From: a virus
IMG/VR virus record: IMGVR_UViG_3300020159_001918
Coordinates: 8,201-72,200 of that record
Strand: one strand, 5' to 3'
Length of the DNA stretch: 64,000 nucleotides
Shown: positions 22,687 through 33,204 of the stretch, one piece after another
Numbering within the stretch: position 1 is the first letter of the stretch
Layout of the letters: every line of letters starts with the position of its first letter
Translations under genes and position numbers: made by a program
The notes under the pieces: model-generated
What the model saw: only the letters and a program-made list of their open reading frames with translations
Told to the model about the DNA's origin: nothing
The model's database searches: none

Positions 22687-25600
22687 ATGAAAACCTATTT
22701 GTTAAACTTTAACACTGGAGACTTCACTAAGAGTAATAATTTGTGGACCTCCAGTGTAATTGACCTTTATTCAAATAAGTTTTATAAAAACTTTTCATAC
22801 ACTAGGTCAGCAACTGGTTTAAATTCACTAGGTGATTACACTTATACTGGAACTAGCATAATACAAGGCGCCACTCCAACCATAGAAGGTGCGTATGCAG
22901 TTACTGACGCAGGAGAACTATATCTCGATCCTGGCGTAAGTCCCCATCTAATCTTTAATTCAAACTCAGTCAGCGGTGACAGCCTTGTTTTTGATGCAGA
23001 CAACAGTTCAACACCAATTTTTACAGCTGATTCAGAAGAAGATTATCTTTATAGATTTATAGATACAACATCCCGTATTGACATAAGAACTTTTAAAGGA
23101 GCTTTTTCTAGTTCTTTAAACAGTATTGAATCAATTACTTTTGATTTAAATATATACGAATCAGATAGTCAAAATCGGACCATGGCTACTAGCAGTAACT
23201 ACCACTTCTAACGCTTTAGGATCAATACTTCTATCAAAAGACGTAAAGCGATATGCAAAATTTGAAGTAGTAGTAAATACAGAATTAGAAGTATTAACAT
23301 CTTTAAGTTTTCTTCTTATAATAGAAGTAGCTATATCGGAACCCTCTAACCCAGTAATTTCACGTTCAACAAAAAATGTACTAGGCAGATTTCCTTCATG
23401 GATGCACCTATATGAGGACTCAATAGATCAGGCTACCCCCAGTTTATATGTACCAAAGTCAACGGCTGGCAAATTTTTAAATGCAGTTGTTGGTGAAGAC
23501 TTAGATGATTTTGACAGAGAAATAGATATATTTAGAATCAACTCTTTCATAGAAAGAGCTGACGTTAATCAATTAGCCTGGTTGTATTCTTCTACAAATA
23601 TAACAAATGTTTTTAATAAAGTATTATCTAATGGAGTTTTGGAACTTGCAAGAATTGATAATCTTGTTGATTTCTATAAATCAAAAGCATCTGATGATGT
23701 TTTCTATCACAACCCTTTAAATAGGGAAATTTTAACAATAAAATTATATGGAGATCTCTCAATAAAGAGTGAAAATACTGGAGTCGTAACTCCCTTAACT
23801 CAAACACCAATATTAAGATACAACTGGTTTGACGAAATGGGTGCAAGAGTTGGCCTATTTAGAATGCATCTTGAATCGAACGTTTCCTATAAGGAAAGGA
23901 TTTTAGATGTATTTAAAAATCCAAATGGCGCCGATATAGAATCATTTAAAAAAGTTCTTAGAAGAGAGTTGAATCTTTGGAAAGCTTTTGGCGCCACTCC
24001 GTCTTCTAGCTATCCAGGTGCAACACCTGAAATTTTAGAAATATCAGATATAGAATATTCAACTCCATATTTTACCGCAGATGGTAATCCAACTGATCTA
24101 TTTAAAAAATTAGTAGATGATTTAAATGTAAGATACCCTACAAATTGGGGATACTTTAGATTTGGAGATAGCATTTGGGACTACGCTGGAGAGGATAATG
24201 AAGGTGTTAATAGAATCCGCTCTAGATACTATGATGAAGAAATTGCAATACCATATTATCAACCAGGAGTTGGAGACTTAAATGACGCTGGATTATTTGT
24301 CACTAACTATGATGCAACTCCTCAGTTTTTTGAAACTTCAATAGTTGCCAAGGGCAAAAAAAATGTTAGCACTTCTTTAAAGTATGAACCAGTAAAACTT
24401 CAGTATGAGTATTATGGTTCCTATGAAATTACCGAATACAATAATCCAGCAGCTACTGTAAATTTAACTCTTGAATTCAGCGCTACCCCGCACGGATCAT
24501 ACGCAACGCCAACAACATTTTTTGCGCCGCTCACATTCTATCCAAAGAATAATTTTGGTCCAACTCACTCAGCTTACCCGGAATATAATTCTATAGAAAT
24601 ATTTGATACAGAAGGATATGTTTCATCAAAATATTCACTAAAAGAAAAACAAACATTATCTGGATATAAAGATACAAAAAGTTCGATTAACACATCTAGA
24701 TTAGAAGTATCTGAGATATTAAATATTGTTCTTAAAAATGGATTATGGAATGGCTCAACTTATGCAACACCAAATTCCAACAACTTTGAAGCAAAGTTTT
24801 CTCACAGAACTGCGAATCTGACAAGTAGTGAAACGCTGTTATCAGCAACACCAAACTTTGCTCAGAGTACGCAACTGCAACTTCTTTCAAAACTATACAA
24901 TCCAGTTCAGGTAACTAAATATACAACTCCGCAAGAGTCTGAAATTATCATTAATAATGTTGCTACGCCACCAAGTGGTTATTCAATTGATCATAATAGA
25001 ATTGTCTCCAATATAATTATGCCAGTAGGAGCAACGCCAAGGCAGATATTTATTAATAACTTGAAACCAACAAGCGTAGACGTAGATTACCTTGATGACA
25101 ATTCAGCTTTTTCCGGCTATGGTGGTGTTTCTTATTATTTAGAAACTGATAGAGAAGTATTCATTCCATCTTCGCCCAACTTAAGCATAAGATTTAATAG
25201 TTCAAATCTTGCAACACCTAGCTCGAATGCTAAAATTGGAACGACTACAGTAAACGGATCTGCCGCAACCGCATCATATTACTTTACTCAACTTAACTAT
25301 CCATATACCAGTACTCCAAACTCACTCACCGTATCGACTCAGGATGGCTCAATTTATCCATTTGAAATAGTCAATTGGGATCCTTTTGAATTAACACATG
25401 CTTCTCCTATCTCTGGATACGTTGATGAATATGGGATAATCAGTTATAACTCTTTAAATGGTGAATATGTTCCAGGAAAAAATACCAATTATATCCCACT
25501 GCCAGAATTAACAAGAGAAGGTTTTGGTCTATCTGGTTCTGAAAAATTTAAATACTTTTTTGAGACAATTGAAGTTTTAGATCCTCAATCTGTAAATGTA

Positions 25601-27466
25601 TCAGTTTGGTCAGAGCAAAAAATAGTTAATCCATTTCTAAATAGAACCTATGTGTTGAATGCGAATAGCATATCTAGCATCTACGCAGATACTGATTACA
25701 CAACAAAGAGTTTAAGATATCCAGATAATTCCGTCTCTGAGTCATATGACCTACAGAGAAATACTACGGTATTTGATAACTTTATAGTTAGAGGAAAATT
25801 ATACGACGCAAGATTAGATGCCAGAATCAATACTGGTTGGATTCATCTAGACAATGATGAGTATTACGTCTATGCTAAACCAGTAACTGAAGTAGAAACT
25901 GGAGTATTAAAAGAGATAACACTAGGCAATACTCCTAGGCAGGGTGCTCCAGTCGTAGTAAATGTCTCTTTGCTTGGTTCAGCAACTCCTGAAATTTATA
26001 CTGAGGTGGGATTCCCCGATGAGGCTTCTCCAAGGCATTTTGGATTCTATAATACAGAAGTACTGCAGCCTAGGTTTGATAATAGTTTCTATCTTGGCTA
26101 TAAAAATGTTTATAATCTTTCTATTACAGATGGTTATACTGGAGAGCTTCTATTAAGTAATCTTTCAACCAATAATTCATCTATTAAGTTAGATAAATCT
26201 ACATATAAATTTAAAAAAGACAGAGATTATTATATAAAATATAAAGTTGTTAATTCATATTATATAGATAATATCCTTAATGATTCTTCATATTATTCAA
26301 GGGTAGTATTTGACGCTACTCCTAATGCTACGATGAACTATGAAATCATATACGAATCTTCAATATACGAAGACTCAACTCCTGTTGATTTAAATTTTGG
26401 ACAAACAAGCTCACTCCTAGACAAAGGTTACGTAATTGCATCAAATGCAACGTACGACTTTGACAGAATAAAGGTGGTTGTTTCGCCAGGTTATATTCTA
26501 GATGATGGAAATGACTATATAACTATAAGCATAATTTCTTTAGATACTGAGGGAAACCCAAAACCATATCAAAGCTTTAGTCTTTCTTCTCAGCTGCATC
26601 AACTTGCTTTTGATAGCAGTATAATAACCACAGATGATGAAGGGTTTGCTTCTACGAATGCAGTTTACCAGAGTGGAAATATCGTTGAGAATAAGAATGT
26701 TAAAATTCTAATTAGCGGAGTGACATATCCAGCCAATCCATTAGCACACCCTGATAGTGAAACTAATGGATCTGTCTACACTGAGTTTATTCCAGTATAT
26801 TCTTCAAGGTCCGAAGATGCAGCATTGTTAGCCTCGGCAAACCCAAGTATTATTAACGCCGATGGAGTGTCATCGACAACTATATCTGGAATATTAACAG
26901 CCGACAATGCACCAAGTGAAAATAATGTAATTTACTGGAGAAAATCTAGATATCTATATTCAGCTTTGAATGATGTATCATATAGTAAATCAACGTTAAC
27001 GCCAGATAAGAATACTACTTCAGGCATTGTTTATACTGACAATAATGGAAAATTTGAAATAGGTCCAATTCCTTCACAAGAAAGAGCTACTCCTGGATAT
27101 TGGTTTATGGCTATCGATTCTGAGTTAGGCTCAACTCCATCTTCGACCCCAAATACATCAGTTGGCGATGTTCTATTCTGGTACGAATCTTACGATAATG
27201 TAGACATCAATTTTGTGCCTGGATTAAAGATACCTGATATAATTAACTATGATATTAGTAAATCATTGAATATATATTCCACTCCAACGTTTAGAATTAG
27301 TTACTATAATGAAAACATAGTAGATAATACTGGATCAACGCCTAGATGGACGCCGCCACAATGGCTGCCAATTTCGAGATACGACCAGTACCAAGCTGGA
27401 TATTTTGGTGCAACCCCATATGTTATTTCAGATTACTCTAACTTAATAAAGGATTATGAGGATTAA
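22687..27466 (+). CDS. Large tail/baseplate-associated protein, 1592 aa; +1 shift at CGGA 23176-23179
   Basis: ORF 22687..23211 (frame 1) continues in frame 2, open through the apparent gap 23212-23401 into ORF 23402..27466. Confidence 0.75.
23176..23179 (+). other. +1 recoding site / four-base codon CGGA
   Basis: ...gat agt caa aat CGGA cca tgg cta cta gca gta act acc...; target frame stop TAA 23147, source frame stop TAA 23209-23211. Confidence 0.87.
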
Positions 27467-27468
27467 TT

Positions 27469-30400
27469 GTGGATAAGTTTAATTTAAATATTGACAACAG
27501 CAGTCAAAAAAAGATAAGAAAAGTAAATAATTTACCACTAGATGATTCCTCAACTGCTTTAGCTTGGTTTAATTCAAAGCCAGTAACTCCAGCAAATAAC
27601 ATTTCAGTAACAGATCTATCCAATTTTATATCAGAGAATTCGTACTCCTCAAACATCAATGCTTCAAATAAATCTGCAAAGAATAAAATAGTTTTTGCTA
27701 ATGAACTAGGAATACTAGAAGACTCAGATGGCTATACGGTGTTCGATTCAGATGACATTAGCGTAAGCGATGTATTTCTAAACACACGTGCATTGGATAA
27801 GAAGTATTACACTGAAGATCTTAATAAAAACGGATTTGTTCATTCGTTTTATGTTTCTAGATACTATACTCTCCTGCCAAGAAGTTCTTATGCATATGAT
27901 GGACTTGATGATTTTTTGTCAGAGTCCAGTGTTCCGAAGTCAATTAAAGTTATTGACAAAAATGGTTTTGAGTATGTAGATCAATCTACTGGTTTAAAAA
28001 AATATAGAATACTAATTGAACAATTAGATTTACCAATCTATTCAAATAGATCAAATATTCCTTCTAAGATAATAGCTTTATTTGATAGTCCATCTCCAGT
28101 AGACTTATCATTAGTTTACGACAAGGTTACGCTATCTTCAACTGAGTCAATATCTTCAACGATTCCTCAATATAAAGAAAACATTAATACTGTTAGTATT
28201 TTTAATAGAATTGGAGAGGAATCAATTGTTGTAGATAACTCTTCAAGGTCAAAAAAAATATATAGTAAAAAATCTATTACATCAAAAAATAATTTAATTA
28301 ATAGCACGAATGCTAGAGCAGAAGGTTTTGAAGTATTTGTTCCTAAAAAAGCTTTGTCAGATAATAGAACCTATGAATCTTTTAACTGGAGATTAATAAC
28401 TAAAGTTAAAAGATCCGTTGATGTTTCATCTATAAATTATGGTGAAGAAATAGATAAAGAAAGTTCTATAAAACAAAAAGTAATTAATTGTGCTGTGCTA
28501 TCAACATCAGCACAGATATCTGGCATGGAGCAATCTAATGATTTTGGCGCAGCAAACCCTTACGCTTTTTTGAGACTAGAGCAGTCTCCGTTTAATGTAT
28601 CTAAGTATAAATATACAAATCCGTTATCGGAAAAGAGTAATCAATACGGAAAAAATCAAGCATCGTATTGGTTATTAAATTTAGATAAAGTTACTGATGA
28701 TGAACTTTCTCTATACGACATAGTCACCTGGACTCCTAGTTCTCCAATAACTATAGAACAAGGTCTAAAGCTAAAGAAGTATCTAGAGCAGACTCAGGGA
28801 ACACTGGTATTAGATTTATCAAAACTTTCCGTCATCACAACACAGGCAATCGATTATACTGGCGCACAGGCAATAGATCCAGCTTTATCAGTTAGCGCCC
28901 AGGAATATCCGCTAGATACATGGACTTATAATCAGGAAAATATTTTTCTTAATGAAAATAAAACTAATGCTTGGCCAATTAACCCAGGTATTTTTGAAAG
29001 ATTAACCGTAGACAATGTTAACTACGATGTATATTCAATATTTGGAAGAAGCAATCTTTCTAATCTTACAACTAAAAAAACAGTAAAAGAATTTACTGGA
29101 AATATTGCAGCCAATAATGTTGTATTAAGCAATTCTAGAAGCAAGCCAGTATTCGTTAGTTTAGAGTTCACACCTTCAACTGATTCACTATCTAAAGGCA
29201 CGCTACTGGCCACAACCACACCAATGCTTAAATACTGCAATGACATATACCAACCATCTTCCATCTTTGATATAGCAACAAGTAACAATGGTCCAACTAG
29301 CATAACTCAAGCTACGTTTACTGCTGTAGCAGCAATAGAAGGTCCAATGAAAATACTATACAATGCATGTTCGGTTGCATTGTTAAATAGAATATTTTCA
29401 ACTAAGGTTAAAGATTTAAGATCGTCAATGTACTATCAGGTTTCAAATTGGCAATCTTCATATGTGTTAAATGGAAACGTTTTATTGGAAGACGAGAAAA
29501 AAGAAGTATATTCTCTTATTAAAGTAGACAATCAAAATGCTGTTGGAACCTCAAAGTATGCAAGGAATTTAATTCCAAGTAATTCTTCAGTATTAGAATT
29601 TTACAAAAAATCTATTTATGACTTTTTAGCTGATCAACACAGTATCTCTTTACAAGAAATTGATTCTAGCAATTTAGAATTTTTTATAGAAGTAACAAAC
29701 AACGACGTAGAAATTGCAAATGCTACTCCGATAAAAGGTGGAGATCGTATTTACGCAGCCGTTGTACAAAGTGGTACAGAGATACCAACTTCTTATAATC
29801 TATTTAAGATAAACAACGATAGCATTACTGGGGCGGTTTATGCTTACACTGATTCTCCATCAGCTCAATTTACTATACCTGGTGGATTTGGTCCTTATGT
29901 CATAAGGGAGAGACTATATAGATCATCGACTAAAGAAATAAACGATGGACTTTCCAGTTCAATATCTTCATCTAATAGTTATAAAAATTATACGTTTAAT
30001 TTTTCTATCTTCAATTCTTACAATCAATCAAGTGAGTCAACGTTAAGCTTTAGTGCAAATTGGTCAGCAGTTTTAACTGCAGAATACACGGCAACGCTAT
30101 CAAGACAAGCAAGATATGAAGATGTCTATCCACCTGGTTCTAAGTTGCTAAGAGATGACGTTGCTGTTACTTCTACCTATGAAACTGGCGCAGCATTTTC
30201 GGGTGCTGATAGAATTGATTCTTATCCAGAGTTTCAAAAAGGAATAAATAGTAGAGATCCAGTTAATAACTTTTTATACACCGGAGATATACAACAGGGT
30301 AATATCATCGGAGCATACGGTCCGGGTAAACCAGGCATGCTTCCTGAATATATTAAGTATATACAAATAAGTATGAGGGAAGCTGGAATATTAGTTGCTG

Positions 30401-33204
30401 GAAAATTGCCTGAATTAAGTGGAAAATATGAAACAAATACACTTAATGCAGTGAAAGCTTTTCAGATATCAATTAATGCTAGGTTCGAAAACGGAACAGT
30501 TGATAGCGAAACTAAGTCATTAATAGCAATTCACGTTTGGAAATCCATAAAAAACTCTGATCCAACTCGCTATAATTCAATAATAGCTAGGTTACAGGTG
30601 AATAATCCAACAGTCGTTAAGTATGTTGTAGCAGCCGCAGATGCGATAGAATTACATGATCTTCCTAATAGAGATTGGAATTATAGAAAGATAACTTTTA
30701 CTGGACAGTCTGGTCCTAAAAAATTAATAGATTCAATATTTTTAGCAGTTCCATTTAATCAAATTCCATTTGATGGAATAATACAACAAGATTTAAAAAA
30801 TCAAGTTCTTAAATCGGTAACGATAACTCCTGGAACATTTGCTGGTGCACCAGACTATAAGGGAATAGCTCTTAAGCAGGCAGTAGTTTATTCTGGAGTA
30901 GGCTTGGCTGGTCCACAAGTAATTAAAGGCGCTGCAGACTATACGGCAAGTCCATTCAAGATTGAAGTTAACAAGCCAATGGCAGAGTGTATGTTCTTCG
31001 CTTTCCAATTCAATGGTGGTCCGCTGGGAGGAAAACATGGCTCATTTGCTGAAGGATATTCTTTAAGCAAAGTTGAATTTGAAATTTCTTATACACTAGA
31101 TAAATTTAATGCTGAAACAATAGTTGAAAGTGGATATAGATTAGATACGACTACAGCTCCAGTAGAAATAAAGTTTAATATAGCTGGATCAGTTACTGGT
31201 ATATCTCCAAACAAAGCTGAGATTATAGATCTAAATGGTGTTAAGTCCACTAAGTATGCAACAACTCCAGTATCTATAACATATCCTACATGGTCTGGAG
31301 AAAAAACTTTAAACTTATCGAATACTACAATTAATTTTAGTAGCACTTCATATAGTCCGCCATTTACACCTTACTCTGATTCTAATTTAGAGCCTCAGTA
31401 CAAGGATGAATCTATATCAATAAACTTAACGCAGACAAAAACAGTTTCAATAAACTCAAATACTTTTGCTGTAGCTAATGTTATCTCCGCAACTGGAAAC
31501 CCAGTAAACAGTTCAGATTTAAATCTAAGTATTTCTTCTAATAGATTAGTTTTTGAAACCTCATCTCTTATATACGAAAACTCAAACATAATCAAAAGCG
31601 CTGAGAAACTTTTAACCAATTACTGGTTAATGAAAACAGATGGTTCAATAATAAAGTCAGCAAAAAAAGCAATTTCTGTTTTAGATGGTTTGGTTCTTTT
31701 AACTCAACCAAGTTTAGACCCAGATAAAGTTGGCAAACCATATGGCATAGAACTTCAATCTTTTGTAAATACTCTTTCTACTGATCGAGAATTTAATACA
31801 GATTATGGATCTTTTATATTAACAAATAACGCTAGAGATGATGGTGGTTTCCTTTATGGGTTCTATGATAATAAGAAAAAAGAATTTTTAGGAACGAATC
31901 TTTATTATGTAGACTATATTTCAAGAGGTCCAGAAAATGTATACATTGCTGCACTTGCAGTAGATGCAGATGGAAATCTTGGAAATGGATTAGACTTCTT
32001 TGGACCAAAGACTTCTGGCAAAATAATACCTTCTTCCATACCAGTAAAGATGGCATGCCCTATATACAATGTTGAATATGTTCCATCATCAAGAATAGGA
32101 ATATCATCGATCCCACCAAATCTCTCAAAGTTTCAACAATGGCCGTTGTATATAACATCTGGATCTTTCACAAAAGATATATACATAAACCCAGCTTATG
32201 GTTGGACTTCTTGGGCTGAAAAGTACACAGGGAAAGTACTAAGAGCTACATATTCAACTTTAAATATGGGTAACGTAATCTGGTCTCAGATCGCTGGTAA
32301 ACCATATATTACTGTAATTAATGAAACACCAATAGTTTTATCATCTAAGAGATATCAATTAATGCAAGTTCCTATAGCAACTTTCATGGAACCTTCACAA
32401 ATGGAATGTGGTTCAGTTGTTAACTGGGTTGATTTTGAAACAAGAGAATCAGTTGACTCACCATGGACGGCAGTAGATTCAAATCTTATAAGAAATATTA
32501 ATTCCCAGACTGGAATAGTAGATTTCATTACACCGATAACTAGTGATCCAGATCTAATAAGGGTGAACTACACCGCTAAATCAAATGGTATTCCGCTCAA
32601 ACAAATTAACGGCAGAGTTATTCCATTGAATCCATTTCTCAATAAAAACACAGTAGAAACAGAAAAGCCTCTACATATTTATATTAAACCTATAAGAATA
32701 GAAGTTAGAAGCTCTAGTCAAGATGGTTATGTTTGGGATTATGTTAGCGACTATTCATATGATTCTCCAATAGATTTTACTTATAATACTTCTATTTTTG
32801 ATCCATATAATAGCGTTAACTACGATCCATTTTCTCTTCAAATAGGACTGGTTCACGTATTAAATTCTGTGGATATTAAAGATTTAGCTATTGAAGATTT
32901 AAGATTAAAGGGCGGAGGATTAAAGGCTACTATGGGTAAGACTATAGATGTGCAATCTTATGGATCGCTCGATATAAATAAGGTTTTCAAAGAAGTCAAA
33001 GAAGCGTCTTCATTCTGGGATGTTTATCCACCAGATCAACAAGCATATTCTAAAGGCGGATTTATTATAATAAAACTGCCGAAAGAAGTATTGGATAATT
33101 TTACTAGTGAAGCAGAGTTGTATAGTATAATAAGTAAGAACATAACCGCTGGTGTAGCATATAAGATTCAAGATATGGAAGGAAATGATTGGGGTGTATT
33201 ATAA
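27469..33204 (+). CDS. Large tail-associated protein (1911 aa) with internal peptidoglycan-binding-like segment
   Basis: Single ORF; segment MLPEYIKYIQISMREAGILVAGKLPELSGKYETNTLNAVKAFQISINARFENGTVDSETKSLI resembles PG_binding_1. Confidence 0.75.
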   Translation: MDKFNLNIDNSSQKKIRKVNNLPLDDSSTALAWFNSKPVTPANNISVTDLSNFISENSYSSNINASNKSAKNKIVFANELGILEDSDGYTVFDSDDISVSDVFLNTRALDKKYYTEDLNKNGFVHSFYVSRYYTLLPRSSYAYDGLDDFLSESSVPKSIKVIDKNGFEYVDQSTGLKKYRILIEQLDLPIYSNRSNIPSKIIALFDSPSPVDLSLVYDKVTLSSTESISSTIPQYKENINTVSIFNRIGEESIVVDNSSRSKKIYSKKSITSKNNLINSTNARAEGFEVFVPKKALSDNRTYESFNWRLITKVKRSVDVSSINYGEEIDKESSIKQKVINCAVLSTSAQISGMEQSNDFGAANPYAFLRLEQSPFNVSKYKYTNPLSEKSNQYGKNQASYWLLNLDKVTDDELSLYDIVTWTPSSPITIEQGLKLKKYLEQTQGTLVLDLSKLSVITTQAIDYTGAQAIDPALSVSAQEYPLDTWTYNQENIFLNENKTNAWPINPGIFERLTVDNVNYDVYSIFGRSNLSNLTTKKTVKEFTGNIAANNVVLSNSRSKPVFVSLEFTPSTDSLSKGTLLATTTPMLKYCNDIYQPSSIFDIATSNNGPTSITQATFTAVAAIEGPMKILYNACSVALLNRIFSTKVKDLRSSMYYQVSNWQSSYVLNGNVLLEDEKKEVYSLIKVDNQNAVGTSKYARNLIPSNSSVLEFYKKSIYDFLADQHSISLQEIDSSNLEFFIEVTNNDVEIANATPIKGGDRIYAAVVQSGTEIPTSYNLFKINNDSITGAVYAYTDSPSAQFTIPGGFGPYVIRERLYRSSTKEINDGLSSSISSSNSYKNYTFNFSIFNSYNQSSESTLSFSANWSAVLTAEYTATLSRQARYEDVYPPGSKLLRDDVAVTSTYETGAAFSGADRIDSYPEFQKGINSRDPVNNFLYTGDIQQGNIIGAYGPGKPGMLPEYIKYIQISMREAGILVAGKLPELSGKYETNTLNAVKAFQISINARFENGTVDSETKSLIAIHVWKSIKNSDPTRYNSIIARLQVNNPTVVKYVVAAADAIELHDLPNRDWNYRKITFTGQSGPKKLIDSIFLAVPFNQIPFDGIIQQDLKNQVLKSVTITPGTFAGAPDYKGIALKQAVVYSGVGLAGPQVIKGAADYTASPFKIEVNKPMAECMFFAFQFNGGPLGGKHGSFAEGYSLSKVEFEISYTLDKFNAETIVESGYRLDTTTAPVEIKFNIAGSVTGISPNKAEIIDLNGVKSTKYATTPVSITYPTWSGEKTLNLSNTTINFSSTSYSPPFTPYSDSNLEPQYKDESISINLTQTKTVSINSNTFAVANVISATGNPVNSSDLNLSISSNRLVFETSSLIYENSNIIKSAEKLLTNYWLMKTDGSIIKSAKKAISVLDGLVLLTQPSLDPDKVGKPYGIELQSFVNTLSTDREFNTDYGSFILTNNARDDGGFLYGFYDNKKKEFLGTNLYYVDYISRGPENVYIAALAVDADGNLGNGLDFFGPKTSGKIIPSSIPVKMACPIYNVEYVPSSRIGISSIPPNLSKFQQWPLYITSGSFTKDIYINPAYGWTSWAEKYTGKVLRATYSTLNMGNVIWSQIAGKPYITVINETPIVLSSKRYQLMQVPIATFMEPSQMECGSVVNWVDFETRESVDSPWTAVDSNLIRNINSQTGIVDFITPITSDPDLIRVNYTAKSNGIPLKQINGRVIPLNPFLNKNTVETEKPLHIYIKPIRIEVRSSSQDGYVWDYVSDYSYDSPIDFTYNTSIFDPYNSVNYDPFSLQIGLVHVLNSVDIKDLAIEDLRLKGGGLKATMGKTIDVQSYGSLDINKVFKEVKEASSFWDVYPPDQQAYSKGGFIIIKLPKEVLDNFTSEAELYSIISKNITAGVAYKIQDMEGNDWGVL

